This document shows positions 11,670 through 27,702 of a stretch of 64,000 nt of DNA, in pieces. The notes under the pieces are model-generated. The model was not told the origin of the DNA and ran no database searches. It saw nothing but the letters and a program-made list of their open reading frames with translations. This stretch comes from Dictyostelium discoideum (Eukaryota), in NCBI GenBank assembly GCA_000004695.1, contig CM000152.2:4288001-4352000 (forward strand), read 5' to 3'. The position numbers were made by a program, and so were the translations under genes. Within the stretch, counting starts at the first letter, position 1; the number at the start of each line of letters is the position of its first letter.

Positions 11670-13618
11670 CACCCCAAGATTATTTTTCACCAATTGATTT
11701 TACAACAGGCAAAAGATCAGATATTTTAAACAGACCAGAATTACAAAAAGGTTGTGTAGAATTTTTAGCATCAAGTGATTATTTAGTTAGACCACCACAA
11801 CCACCAACCTATTTCTTTATAGTTGATGTTTGTTATGAATCTATAGTATCAGGAATGTTGAATACAGCGATCAATGCAATCAAGACCACATTGGGAGATT
11901 TAATTGAAAAGAGTAATGGTAGAGCAAGATTTGGTATAATGACATTTGATGATTCATTACATTTTTACAACTTGAAATCAAATCCATCCAATAGACCACA
12001 AATGTTTGTTGTTACCGATATGGATCAAGTGTATGTACCACCATTTGAAGACTTTTTAGTGAATCTAAAGGATGGTTTAGAGGTTGTAGAGAATACATTG
12101 AATATCATTCAAAGTATGCCACGTACTCAACAAAAGGTTGAGAGTTGTTTAGGTAGTGCATTGAAGGCAGCATTCAGCATTTGTGAGCGTGTTGGCGGTA
12201 AATTGATTGTCTTACAATCTTATATTCCACGTGGTCCATTGGGTAAGCTATCGATTAGAGATTATCAACCACTTTTGGGCACCAAGAAAGAGTCCACATT
12301 GTTACAACCAAGTAATGATGGTGAATTCTATAAGGAGTTGGCATTAAGTTGTACAAGTCAACAATTGAGTGTCGATCTTTTCCTCTTCTCCAATGATTAT
12401 ACCGACACTGCCTCTTTGGGTACCCTCTGTCAAATCACTGGTGGTTCAATGTATTATTATCCTTCATTTGTTGCCTCTCGTGATGGTCAAGTATTTGCTG
12501 CAAATCTCATTCATTCACTCACTAGAGACACCGCTTGGGAAGCAGTTATGCGTGTTAGAACTAGTCGTGGCTTAACCATCAACTCTTATCATGGTAATTA
12601 TTTCTTAAAGACTTCTGATCTTTTAGGTTTACCAACTATCGATAGTGATAAAACCATTACTCTTCAAATGGGCATCAGTGATTCAATCGGTCAAAAGTAT
12701 GCTTCACTTCAATCCGCTTTACTTTATACTCATTCTTGTGGTGAACGTAGGGTTAGAGTATTCACAATCTCAATTCCAGTGGTATCCAACTATCAAGATC
12801 TCTTTAGATACGCTGATATCAGTGTAGTTACAAGCCTAATCAGTAAGATGGCCATCGATAAGGCATTATCTTCAAGTTTAAATGATGCTCGTGATGCCAT
12901 TGCCAATAAATGTGTTGAGATCCTTCAAGCATTCAAAGCCGCCTCTACATCGAATCCTCAAGCAAATCCAGCTGTTACCCTTAGTCAAAACGCTCCAAAA
13001 CTATTGTTACCAGAAACCCTTAAACATCTTCCACTCTATGTCGTCTCAATGGTAAAGAGTATCATATTCTCAAGTCGTACCACTCATCCTGATTTACGTG
13101 CTTTCCATATGCAACGTATGAAAACTTTAGATTTGAATTCTTGTCTAAACTTTTTCTATCCTTATTTCTATTCTCTCTTGGCCCCTCCAAATTATCAACC
13201 ACCAACAACTCCAAACACTCCATTCGTACCTCACTCATTTAAGCTATCCTCTGATGAACTCCAACGTAATGGTTTATTCGCTATTGTCAATGGTTATACT
13301 CTATATCTTTTCATTGGTGAACAATTACCTCAACCAGTTTTCACAGATATTTTCGGTGTCCCAGACGTTTCTCAACTTGATATCAACACCTTCCAAGATC
13401 TTCCAATCTTGGATAATGATCATAGTAGATACGCTCGTAAAGTAATTGAACTCGTTAGAAATAGTTATCCAGAATACTTGAAAATGTTTGTTGTTAAATC
13501 AACTGATAGACAAAGAAGACCTGAATTCCAATCACTTTTAATTGAAGATAGAACTCCAGAGGGTTGCTCTTATTATGAATTTATTATTCAACTTCAATCA
13601 AGAATTACTCAAAATTAA
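11670..13618 (+). CDS. sec24: Sec24 exon 3 (trunk/vWA, beta-sandwich, helical and gelsolin-like domains)
   Basis: Acceptor AG at 11668-11669. The phase 1 join gives ...NDT|PQDYFSPIDF...RPPQPPTYFFIVDVCYES, the conserved Sec24 trunk. The ORF is continuous to the stop at 13616-13618. Confidence 0.85.
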
Positions 13619-13959
13619 TATTAATTTAAAAAAATAAAAATAAAAAAAATAAAAAAATAAAATAAATAAATAAAAAAAAAATAAAAAAATATATAAAAAA
13701 TAAAATAAAAAATAATAACAATATTAAATAATTAAATAATTTATTTATTATTTTTTTTTTTATAGTTGGAACTTTTGTTTAACATATTAATCTAATTTAT
13801 CTTTTTTCAAGATTTAATTAAGCTTTTTTTACAACCAAAATATCTAAAAAGATATTTTCTTAAATTTTTCTTAATTTTTTTTTTTTTATTTTTTTAAATT
13901 TGTTGGTTGAAAAAAAAAAAAAAAAAAAAAAAAAAAGAATTTTGTTTAATTAATAAAAA

Positions 13960-17349
<3,390 letters not shown>

Positions 17350-17744
17350 TACTTAATATTACCATTTAAAAATAAAAATTTTAAATTTTAGACATTTTTA
17401 TAATCAAAATAATTAAAAATGAAATTTTATTTATTTTTTTTTTTATTTATTTATTTGTTTATTTAATTTTTTTTTTTTTTTATTTTTTTTTTTTTTATTT
17501 ATATATTTTTCACTTATACAGCTATCTCTATTATTGCCCATTAATATTAAAACCTACACCACCTCTGCCTATTTCTCTTTTTGGGATTTATAAATTGCAA
17601 TTTGTATTTATTGAGGAACAAATTTTCAAGAACTCTAATTGGATTTATTTTTGGAAATAAAAAAAAACTGAATTTCTAACCACCAACTTTTTCATTTTTT
17701 TTTTTTTTTTTTTTTTTCAAATATTTTTTTTTTTTATTAATTGA

Positions 17745-18637
17745 ATGTTATTTAAATTAATAAAGTTACTATTATTTTTTATTTTAGCTATAATAGTATT
17801 TAAAATTGAAAATACAGACAGTATTACAAATACAATAAATTATAAATATCACCAACATAGTAATAATACATATAGTAATACAAAAAATAAAATGAAATCA
17901 TGGAGAAATATGGCAATTGATTTAATAAAGGAAGAACAAGCAAGAGAAGATTATAGAAATAATAATTTTACAATTATAGACGGTAGTAATAAAAATGATT
18001 CATCTCAACAACAACAACAACAACAACAAGCAATTGTAGAAGCACCATTATATACTAAATTAAAGAGACAATATAGCAGATATTATAGATTTAAAGTGAA
18101 GGATACAATTAATCATCAATATTTAATGAACTATTTCATTCAAACTGAATTTGATAAAGATACAATGGATTTTATAATGGAAACACCAAGATGGAATTTC
18201 GTTTCAAATGCTGCAAATTGGATAATGTCATGGATGTATACAAAAACTGATATTATGGGATTCATTGGTAAAGGTAATATGATGTGTCTTTCAACTTATC
18301 AATATAAACAAATTCTAAAAATAAATAGAACTTTGCCAACTATAAAATTTGATGAAGAAGACGACAATGACCAAGATCCACTTAAAGTTTACTATGAATC
18401 ATTATTAGATATTGGTGCTGGGTGTGGTTCAACAACATTATCAATGAAACCATTATTTAAAAATGTAACTGCAACAGAAGCTTCAAAAGGTATGATCTAT
18501 AGTTTAAATAAAAAAGGTATTGATTCCGTATTTTGTTTAGATTTAGAAACTTGTGATCAATTAAAAAATAAACAATATGATATAGTATCTTGTTTAAATG
18601 TTTTAGATAGATGTGAAAAACCAATTAGTTTATTAAA
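17745..18637 (+). CDS. METTL9/DREV-family methyltransferase (putative protein-histidine N-methyltransferase), exon 1
   Basis: N-terminal signal anchor (LLLFFILAIIVF). SAM motif DIGAGCGSTT. ...YDIVSCLNVLDRCEKPISLL aligns with human METTL9 ...[20 protein letters not shown]. Donor GTAAGT at 18638, phase 2. Confidence 0.75.
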
Positions 18638-18727
18638 GTAAGTTTTTTTTATTTTTTTTTTTATTTTTTAATTTTTAAAACTAATACAAGTATTAATATT
18701 ATATATAAATATTAATATTATATATAG

Positions 18728-19064
18728 CACAATTAAGAAATTTTTAAAACCAAATGGTAAATTAATATTAGCAGTAGTATTTCCATTTAATCCTTATGTT
18801 GAATTTGGTGGTATTGATAATTCACCAATTGAAACAATAAATTTAGATCAAGAAACATTGTCAGAATATGTTGACTCTTTTAACAAACAAGTTTTCATTC
18901 CAAATAATTTCGAAATTGACTCATTCACTGTGGGACCTTATATTTCAGAAGGTGATGCACTTTATCAAAACTATGTTTTAACTGATGTTATTTTTGTTTT
19001 AAAAGTTAAAAATGAAGATCACTCAAATAATAAAATTTCAAATGATTTAATGTCTTGTGATTAA
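18728..19064 (+). CDS. METTL9/DREV-family methyltransferase, exon 2
   Basis: Acceptor AG at 18726-18727. The join gives ...SLLN|TIKKFLKPNGKLILAVVFPFNPYVE, matching METTL9 RGRVILALVLPFHPYVE. C-terminal ...GPYISEGDALYQNYVLTDVIFVLK. Confidence 0.75.
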
Positions 19065-19170
19065 ATTTTAAAAAAGAAAATAAAAAATAAAAAATAAAAA
19101 CAAATTATTTATTATATTATATACAAAATTGAAATGAGTTTTATTTATCTCCTTTTTTGTTTATTTTTAT

Positions 19171-20826
19171 TTATCTTTTTCTATCTCTATCCCTATCTAT
19201 ATCTCTTTCTCTTCCTCTACCTCTATCCCTGTCTCTTTCTCTTTCTCTACCTCTATCCCTATCTCTTTCTCTGTCTCTATCTCTGTCTCTATCTTTTTCT
19301 CTTTCTCTATCTCTATCTCTATCCCTATCTTTTTCTCTATCTCTATCCTTTTTCTTATCTTTATATTTTTTCTCTTTTTTCTTTTCCTTTCTTCTTTTTC
19401 TTCTTTCATAATCAGAATCATCACTTGATGAATCAGTGTCACTACTTGAATCACTTATATCACTAAATTGAGATAAATAAGATTTAACGTTTTCAACCCA
19501 CTCCTCTTTTTCTTGTTCTTTTTTTTCTTTTTTCTCTCTCTTTTCTTTTCTTTTCCTTTCCTTTTTTTCCTTTTTCTTTTGTTCTTTTTTTAATTTCTTT
19601 TCTTCTTTTGATAAAGGTTCATTTAGTTCTTTTATTATACTTTTTAGTAATGGTGAAATTGATTCTTTTGTTTGTTGTTTTTGCTCTTGTTCTTTCTGTT
19701 TTTGATCTTGTTTTAAAAAAGAAGAAAATGGGTCTAAAGTGTTGTCTTGTTGTTTTTGTTGTTGTTGTTGATCTTGTTTTAAAAAAGAAGCAAAAGGATC
19801 TAATGAACCATCCTGTTTTTGTTCCTGTTGTTTTTGATCTTGTTTTAAAAATGCTGAAAATGGATCTAATTCATCACCATTTGACTCTTTATTTTTCTTT
19901 TGTTGTTGTTGTTGATCTTGTTTTAAAAATGAAGAAAATGGGTCTAATTGATCATCAGACATAGGCTCCATTTTTTGATCTTCACCATTTTGTTTATCAT
20001 CACTTTCAAATATTGCCTTAAATAAATCGATTGGAGGTCTTTTGGCCTCCTTAACTTGAAATTCACCATTACTTTCAAATGTTGATACATTATATTGATC
20101 ATTATTACCAAATAATTCTTCAAGATTTAATTGAGCTGTCATATTTAATGTTGATGCTGCTGTTACTGTGGTAGAAGTTGGACTACTACTTGATTGTAAA
20201 ATAGGAGATGGTGATGGCGATGATTGTGTGGTTGCAGTGGGTATTGAATTTCGAATATTTGAATTTTGCTGTGTTGGTGAATTAGTTTCAAATGTAGCAT
20301 CAAATGGTATTTGATAATGAGTTGGTATATTTAGTTTTGATTTCCAATCATTTGATGATTTTTGTTTTAATTGCTTTTCAATTTTAAAATTTTCAACCTC
20401 TTCTCTTGAGTAAGGTGGCTCAACATTGAAACGTCTACATAATAATAGTTCAGGTACCCATTTTTCAATTAATTTCTTTGATTTAGTTTTTAATTTATTA
20501 TTATTATCTTTATTTTCATTAGATGTTGATGAAGAAGATGATGATGATACAAATCTATCATTTAATTTACTTTGAAGTGGTGAAAATGATTGAGCATACC
20601 TTTCAAAAACTTTATTCTCTTTTTCTTTTTCAATCTCTGAAATATCTCTATAACTTGAATAGTTTATTAATGATTGTTCTTTTAAATTCTTATCACCTTG
20701 TTTATCAAGTATATACTCATTAAATCTTAACCTTCTACCTGGATCCATTAAATATTCCATTGATTCTTTAATTATATTACCTGAGTTAATTATTGATTGT
20801 TGTGGTTGTGGTTGAATATTTTGAGT

Positions 20827-20879
<53 letters not shown>

Positions 20880-21167
20880 GCTGTTTTTGTTTATTAATTG
20901 AAAGTTGTAATTCACCTAATAAATTTGATCTTTGAATTGGAGTGATTGTTACAATATTTGTAGGTTTTTGTAAAATATTTTTATCTAATGGTGAAGTGAA
21001 TTTATGGTAATAATTAAAGTTAATTGGTAATTGTGGTGGTGGGAACCATTTAATTTCAAATGAAGTTTGACCACTACTTAATATAAATCCTTTCAAAGGT
21101 AATGTGCCATCAGAGCATCTTATTGTATATTTATTATCAATGGGTCTTAAAAAATCAACTATACCAC

Positions 21168-21200
<33 letters not shown>

Positions 21201-22514
21201 TCTTTATTTTATTGTTTTTACTACCTAACCAAGTATTTTTATCTCTTTCTCTCTTTTTATCGAATAAACCAGTATCATAAATATCATCATGATTTTCATT
21301 ACCATATAAATCGAAACCTTTGTCATCATCATCTTCTAATGCACCCAATCCAAATGATCCGATTGAAGACTTTGATGAATCCATTGATACACGGTTTGAA
21401 TTTGATTTTTGATTTTGAAAACGCATATTTTTTACATCTTCAGAAGGTTCATAACCAACACCATAAACATTATTCTTTTGTCTAATGTCTAATAGTTTTT
21501 TACTTGGTTCATTTAAAAGTATATTTTTATAAGCTTCTTCATCACCTGTTTCATCCTCTTCATTATCATCACTTTCATCACTTTCATCAACATCTTCATT
21601 ATCACCATTATCGAATGTATTATTATTATTATTATTATTATTAGTAGTAGTATTTTGAATGATTGATAAAATTGATTGAGGTATTTCTTCACCATCTTTA
21701 AGCTGTGATAATAGTTCAGAGGGTATTTCAACACCATCTAATGAAACCAATGATGATGATGATGATGAATGTCTAGACTTTTTATTTATTTTATTTGATT
21801 GCCTTTGTTTCTTTCTTTTTAATTTATTTTCTAATTGAATTCTCTTTAATTGACCCATAGGTTCATTCTTTAATTTATTCACACCCATTAATTTTAATAA
21901 TTTTACACCTATAGATTCTTTTGATGCTTCAACTATATTATTATTACTACCTTCATTAAATAAACTTTTTAAATTATTTGTATTTAAATTATTACTATCT
22001 AAATTATTATTATTATTATTATTATCATTATCATTACCAAAACTACCCAATCCACTGAAATAATTAAAATCAGAATGAGTTGTTAATTCTTTTGCTCTAT
22101 GTGTTAAATCTTCTTCATCCATAAAATCTTCTGGTTTTAATGGTTGAATATTATTAGATACTCTTTCAGTTTTTGATGATTTAAAAGTTGACGGTGTCCA
22201 TCCTTCTTTTGAACCAACTGAATTGAAATAACCTGCTGAAAATCCACCTGTAAATGCACCATGAATCTCTTTCTACCACTTTCATCCATTACCTCTTGTT
22301 TATGAATCGGTTTAAATGATTCTTTAAATGTTTTATTACTATTTGGTGTAAAATCATCATCATCTTTAAATTCAAATAATGTTCCAATTAATTTATTATT
22401 ATTTTTATTATTATTATTCTTTTTTTTTATATAATTATAATTTTCTTCATTTTCATTATTATTGCTATTATTACTATTATAATCATAAAAATTATTATAA
22501 TTATTTCTTTTCAT
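19171..22514 (-). CDS. GPATCH1 orthologue (G-patch domain protein 1, DUF1604-type N-terminus, RD/RE-rich C-terminus). The reading frame is broken by a 1-nt shift at about 22263-22266.
   Basis: The upstream frame gives ...[18 protein letters not shown] (matching human ...QDQTVRDEKGRYKRF). The downstream frame gives [27 protein letters not shown]...[10 protein letters not shown], matching [27 protein letters not shown]...[10 protein letters not shown]. Adding one G (plus-strand ccatgaat to ccatggaat) restores RKRFHGAF. The C-terminus has RDRDRE repeats and 4-5 tandem [12 protein letters not shown](Q/K)n units. Confidence 0.65.
19690..19960. repeat. Tandem repeat of about 72 bp, 4-5 units, inside the GPATCH1 coding region. 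It encodes the (G)xLDPF(S/A)xFLKQDQxxQxK units.
   Basis: The repeats are visible in both the minus ORF and the plus-strand shadow ORF (DLVLKKK...). Confidence 0.7.
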
Positions 22515-22869
22515 ATTTCTTTTGTGGTGGGGGTGAAATGAGAAATGAATTAATGAAAAAAAAAAAAAAATAAAATAAAATAAAATAAAAAAAAAATAAA
22601 AAAAAATAAAAAAAATAATTAAAATCCCATCTGAAGAATTTTCTTTTTTAATAAAAAATTAAAAAGCTAAGAAAAAAAAAAAAACTAAAATTAGTTTTGT
22701 AATTTACCATTACTATCAAATAAAAAATTTAAAATAATAATTTTTTTTTTTTTTTTTTTTTAATTTTTCTAAAGGATTCATTTTTTTATTTTTTTATTTT
22801 TTTTTTTTTATTTTTTTTCGTTGGATTTGATTAAATTAAATTTATCAGTCACAAGAAAAAAACAGAACG

Positions 22870-23152
22870 ATGTCAGGTGATAAACTTAAAGCCACATTAA
22901 CAATTGGAATTACAGATAGCGAATTAATAAATTTAGAATCTAATGGTAATGATATCACAGATGAATATATAAAAAATGAATTTCAAGAGGACACAAGTAA
23001 AGGTGGAATCAATGATTTATTAAAAAACATCATATCAATGCAACAAATTACCAATGTCGAATTAACAAAATTTGTAAATAAAGAAAAATCTGAAAAATTA
23101 GCCACAATTGACCAAACAGTACAAACAAAATCAAAAAAACAACAAAATAAAG
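22870..23152 (+). CDS. Small protein of unknown function, exon 1
   Basis: ATG at 22870, MSGDKLKATLTIGITDSELINLE... Donor GTAAGG at 23153, phase 1. Confidence 0.4.
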
Positions 23153-23188
23153 GTAAGGTATCTATATCATAATATTTATTATCCCACA

Positions 23189-23233
<45 letters not shown>

Positions 23234-23263
23234 CAATACTAACATCAATTTTATATGTTTTAG

Positions 23264-23391
23264 AAAAACAGCAACAAAAACAGCAACAACAACAACAACA
23301 AAATAAAAAAAGAGTAGAAAATGATAATGGTAATGGAAATGATACAAACAATGAAGATGAAAAAGTTGTGAAACAACAAAAATTGGAATGA
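23264..23391 (+). CDS. Small protein of unknown function, exon 2
   Basis: Acceptor AG at 23262-23263. In-frame continuation [42 protein letters not shown]. The intron carries a T28 tract. Confidence 0.35.
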
Positions 23392-23610
23392 AAAAATAAA
23401 TAAATAAAAATAAAATTGTATAGATAAGATTAGATTTGATTATTTATTATATTGTATTACTGTGGTATAGATACACACACACATTTTCACGCATAATATA
23501 ATAAGATTTATTTATGTGGTACATTTTATTTTATTATTTCAATTTCTGTATATTTTTATTATTATATATATTTTATCCTGTTGTTTTTTATTTTGTTTCT
23601 GTATTTTTAA

Positions 23611-23750
<140 letters not shown>

Positions 23751-23776
23751 TATTTTATTTTTTTAATAATTTAATA

Positions 23777-24623
23777 CTAAAGATTTAAAGAAATATTTGA
23801 CCAATCTTCCCAATATTGTTTTGCTTTTGTTAAAATAGCAACCCATTCTTTCATTGAATCTTCAGATTCAGCGGCTAAAAGTAAAGTATGTTTTGGATGA
23901 ACCAATTGAAAGCAATGAATATAGGGTTTGAATTTTTTATCTTTTGGAAGGATTTCAATTGATTTAATTTCTAAAATGATTAATTCACCTTGAGGTTTTG
24001 GATCGTTATTATATTTATAATAGAATAAAACATCACGTTCCAAAGAGAACCAACGAGTTTTCCAACTTTTCATTAACCCATTCATTTTGAAGAGGAAACC
24101 CGATTTGGAGGGTAACGTATCGAACTTCTCTCTCAAAGCATCCTCAGCCATGAAATCTGGATAAACATATTTCAATAACCAATTCTGACTTTTTGAACCA
24201 TTTAATAGGAATTCGGTTGTTGTCGATCTAATCATACCATCCACTAAAATTAAAACTTCTTCTGGTTTCAGTGGACGATTATTGTATAGAATCGTTTCAA
24301 TCTTTTCCCTAATCTTTTTTTGTGCGATTGCTGTTGACTCTTCACCAATTGTTACACCACCAATCTCTCTACTAATTTTAAATGTACATAAATAATAACG
24401 TAATGAATCCACTAAATCACAAAGTTTAGTTGATGATGTTCTATCTGATTGTTCCTCCAAAACTTTACCACAAAACCATAAAACTGATGCAATATCAATT
24501 GATGGTACTTTATAACTTTTAATACCCATCTGTATAAATAATTCAATTGTATTCTTTACTTGTTCATATTTATCAATCTTTACAAATGTATTAATTAATG
24601 CTTCATAAATTAATTTTTCTTCT
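23777..24623 (-). CDS. PH-domain protein, exon 2 (C-terminal PH domain)
   Basis: Acceptor (minus) AG at 24625-24624. The phase 2 join gives ...GLK|KEEKLIYEALINTFVKIDKYEQVKNTIELFIQMGIKSYKV..., in frame with the PH domain (GFLFKMNGLMKSWKTRWFSLERDVLFYYK...CFQLVHPKHTLLLAAESEDSMKEWVAIL). Confidence 0.55.
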
Positions 24624-24704
24624 CTATATTTAAAAAAAAATTTTAAAATTAATATAAATTTTCTTTTTTTTATTATATATATATATCAAAATTTTAATTT
24701 ATAC

Positions 24705-25561
24705 TTTAAACCTGAATTATTTAAAATTGTTAAAATTTCTTGATAAGTTTGGATTGCATTTAAATATTTCTTTTCAGTTTGTTGTAATTTTGATTGTTCT
24801 AATGAAATTGAGATTAAAGCTTTTCTAATTTCAGTTGTTCTTTCTTGTGATTGATTACTTGTATCTTTTAATGATTCATAGTATAAAGTTGTTAAACATA
24901 CATTACATTGATTCAATGTATTAATTAAAATATCAGTTGGTGTTTGTATTATACATTGTGATGAGGATGATGATACTCTTGATTGTAATGGTAAATGTGC
25001 TCTTGATGGTGATATACCAATATTACCATTATTAAATGTTGTTGTTGTGGTTGCTGTTGTATTATTAGTATTAGTAGTATTAACACCACTACTAATATTT
25101 GATAACGAAGAAGAGGATGCCGATGACGATGATGATGATAATGATGATGATGATAATGATGGTGAAATTGGTTGTGGTTGATTTTGTGATGGGGTTGTTG
25201 GTAATAATGTTTTAGCAGTTGGTTTAATATATTGTTGTTGATGTAATTGAAATTGTTGTTGTTTTTGAAGTTTTTGTTGTTCATTAGTTTGTTGAATATA
25301 TTTATGAATGTCTAATACCAATTGATAGAATGTTGTATAACCACCCTCTGCTTTACCCTTGAATGATTTTATAAATACTTTTGATGATTTATCATATTGA
25401 TTATTCTCCAACATTGATAATCCCAATAAATCTAAACATATACAAACTTCATTACTATCTCCACCATATAATATCTCTCTAATATGTAATGATTGATTAC
25501 CAAATTGAACTGAATCTTCATATAAATTACATTTTCTACATGAATCCGCTAAAATATACAT
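24705..25561 (-). CDS. PH-domain protein, exon 1 (N-terminal region with a Q/S/T-rich linker)
   Basis: Minus ORF from M at 25561. Donor GTATAA (minus) at 24704-24699, phase 2. The frame also stays open a short way upstream of the M, so an upstream start is possible. Confidence 0.55.
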
Positions 25562-25614
25562 TAAATAACCACAAATTGGTGATTCCCTTTGGAAGGTTTT
25601 TTTTAAATAATTAG

Positions 25615-25673
<59 letters not shown>
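25615..25673. repeat. poly(A) tract of 59 nt
   Basis: Direct read. Intergenic, just upstream of the PH-domain gene on the minus strand. Confidence 0.95.
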
Positions 25674-25681
<8 letters not shown>

Positions 25682-26426
25682 TTAGTATGCAGTAAATTTT
25701 AATTATTAATTATTAATTATTAATTATTACTTTAAAACAACTTCATCTATTGCTGGTAATAAACTTTTTAATGAATTTATTTTATTTAAACTTTGATCTT
25801 CTAAACATGCTTTTATAACTTTGGTAACTGTTTCAGAGTATTGTTGTTTATGTAAACCTGGTTTTAAAAATCTTAAATTGGTTTCAATGGTCTTATTGAT
25901 AAATGTTTCTGCCATAGTTGTAGTAATTAATAACTACCTTTATTAGTAGTATTTTTTTTTTTGGTTTTTTTTGTTTTTTTTTTTTTTTTTTGTTTTTTTT
26001 TTTGTTTGTTTTTTTGGGTGTATGTTTTTTTTTTTTTTTTTTTTTTTTTGTTTTATCCAAAAACTTGATTTACTATTGATTTGGAAAATTTCTTTTGACT
26101 TTTATGACTTTCTGTGTTTTTTTTTTTTTTTTTTTTTTTTGATTTTATGTGTATTACAAAGCCGAATGAATTTATGATGTGTATTTAAATTTGGGTTCTT
26201 GTCGTTTGGGATCTTTTTGACTTAAAAAAAAAAAAAAAAAAATTATTTTTTTAAATTTTCTTTTCTAAAATCAAAAAAAAAATAAAAAAAAAAAAAAAAA
26301 TTATTTTTTTTTATTTTTTTATTTTTTTTTTTATTTTTTTTTATTTTTCTAATTTTTTTATGAATCATTATAAAAAATATCTCAATCAGGTTCTATTGCG
26401 AGTCAAAAATAGTTTTTAAAGGGGTT

Positions 26427-26457
<31 letters not shown>

Positions 26458-26923
26458 TTTATTTTCTTATAAAAATTAATTATTAATAATGTTAATCCCT
26501 TTTTTTTTTTTATATTTAAGGTTTTATTATTTTTATTATTATTATTTTTTTTATTATTGATCATTATTTTTTTTTTTTTTTACACAGTTTTTCTTTTTTT
26601 CTTTTGCACTTTTTACAATTTTTATTTTTTTTTTTTTTTTTTTTTTTAAAGGGATGGGTGATTCTGTTCTCAAGATATTACTATTTTTTATTTTTTTAAT
26701 TGAAATTACCACCCTCAAAAAAAAATAAAATAAAAAAAATAAAAAAAATAAAAATAGCGCTAATCATAAATGGTTGTTGTGTTTAGAATAAAAAAATAAA
26801 AAATGAAAAAAAAAAAAAAAAAAAAAATGAAAATTTTTTTTTTTTTTATTTTTTTCACAATTATTTATTTTTTTTACAAAATAACGAGGATACCGATAAA
26901 AATAAAAAATTAAAAATTAAAAA

Positions 26924-27070
26924 ATGACAGATCCAACATGTGATATCTATACATCTAAAGTTAAATCATTAAAAAAAACATCACCAGCATCTTTAAATTC
27001 AAATAGAGCTATTGCATTATCAAGAACTAAATCAATAATTGCAAGTGATAATAAAGTTATTAAAATCAAA
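26924..27070 (+). CDS. Hypothetical protein (possibly WD/beta-propeller-like), exon 1
   Basis: ATG at 26924. Donor GTATGT at 27071, phase 0. Confidence 0.45.
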
Positions 27071-27156
27071 GTATGTGTGAAAAATAAAAATATCTTTTAT
27101 TTTTTTATTATTTTTTTTTACTAAAAATACATTTATTTTATATTATTATATTTTAG

Positions 27157-27348
27157 ATTGAATTACCAAAAATTGAAAATAAAATATTTTCAAAAATTAA
27201 AGGTATTCCATCACCATTTAAAATTGAAACAAGTAATGAAACTATATATGACACAAAATTAAAATACGAAATCCAATCACTTTCATCATCAAAATCATAT
27301 GATAAAATATCAGCAATTGATTCAAGTGGATCAGTTTGGATTTCAAAT

Positions 27349-27383
<35 letters not shown>

Positions 27384-27702
27384 TGATGATGATGAAATTG
27401 TACATTCATATTCAATTAATTATGATAATAATAAATTTACAGAGTTAGGATGGGCAGGATCATCATTTAATACTAAAGATTCAACAATAATTGCAAAAAC
27501 TCAATTTTATCAAAAAAATATTCAAATTTATAAAGGTGATCAATTATCACAAACCATTCAATTAATTCAAAATCCAACTCAAATTAATTATTTTGATCAT
27601 GAAAAATCTCAAACTTCACTTTTAGCTATAACTGAATTTAATCAATTAAAAATTTTTGATCCAAGACAATCTTCAAATAATTGTTGTATTCAAAAGTTTA
27701 CT
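27157..27702 (+). CDS. Hypothetical protein, exon 2
   Basis: Acceptor AG at 27155-27156. Open frame IELPKIENKIFSKIKG...CCIQKFT. Donor GTATGT at 27703, phase 0. Confidence 0.45.

Noticed and set aside
19134-19466. Plus-strand ORFs translating as SLSLSL and YLYLFL repeats
   Set aside because: They are antisense and frame shadows of the (RD/RE)n-coding GA-rich repeat at the 3' end of the minus-strand GPATCH1 gene, not independent genes.
25562-25612. Possible upstream extension or extra exon of the PH-domain gene, because the frame stays open upstream of M25561 into the poly-A tract
   Set aside because: The upstream frame immediately runs into the homopolymer (poly-K) with no plausible start or acceptor. 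I kept M25561 as the start but lowered confidence.
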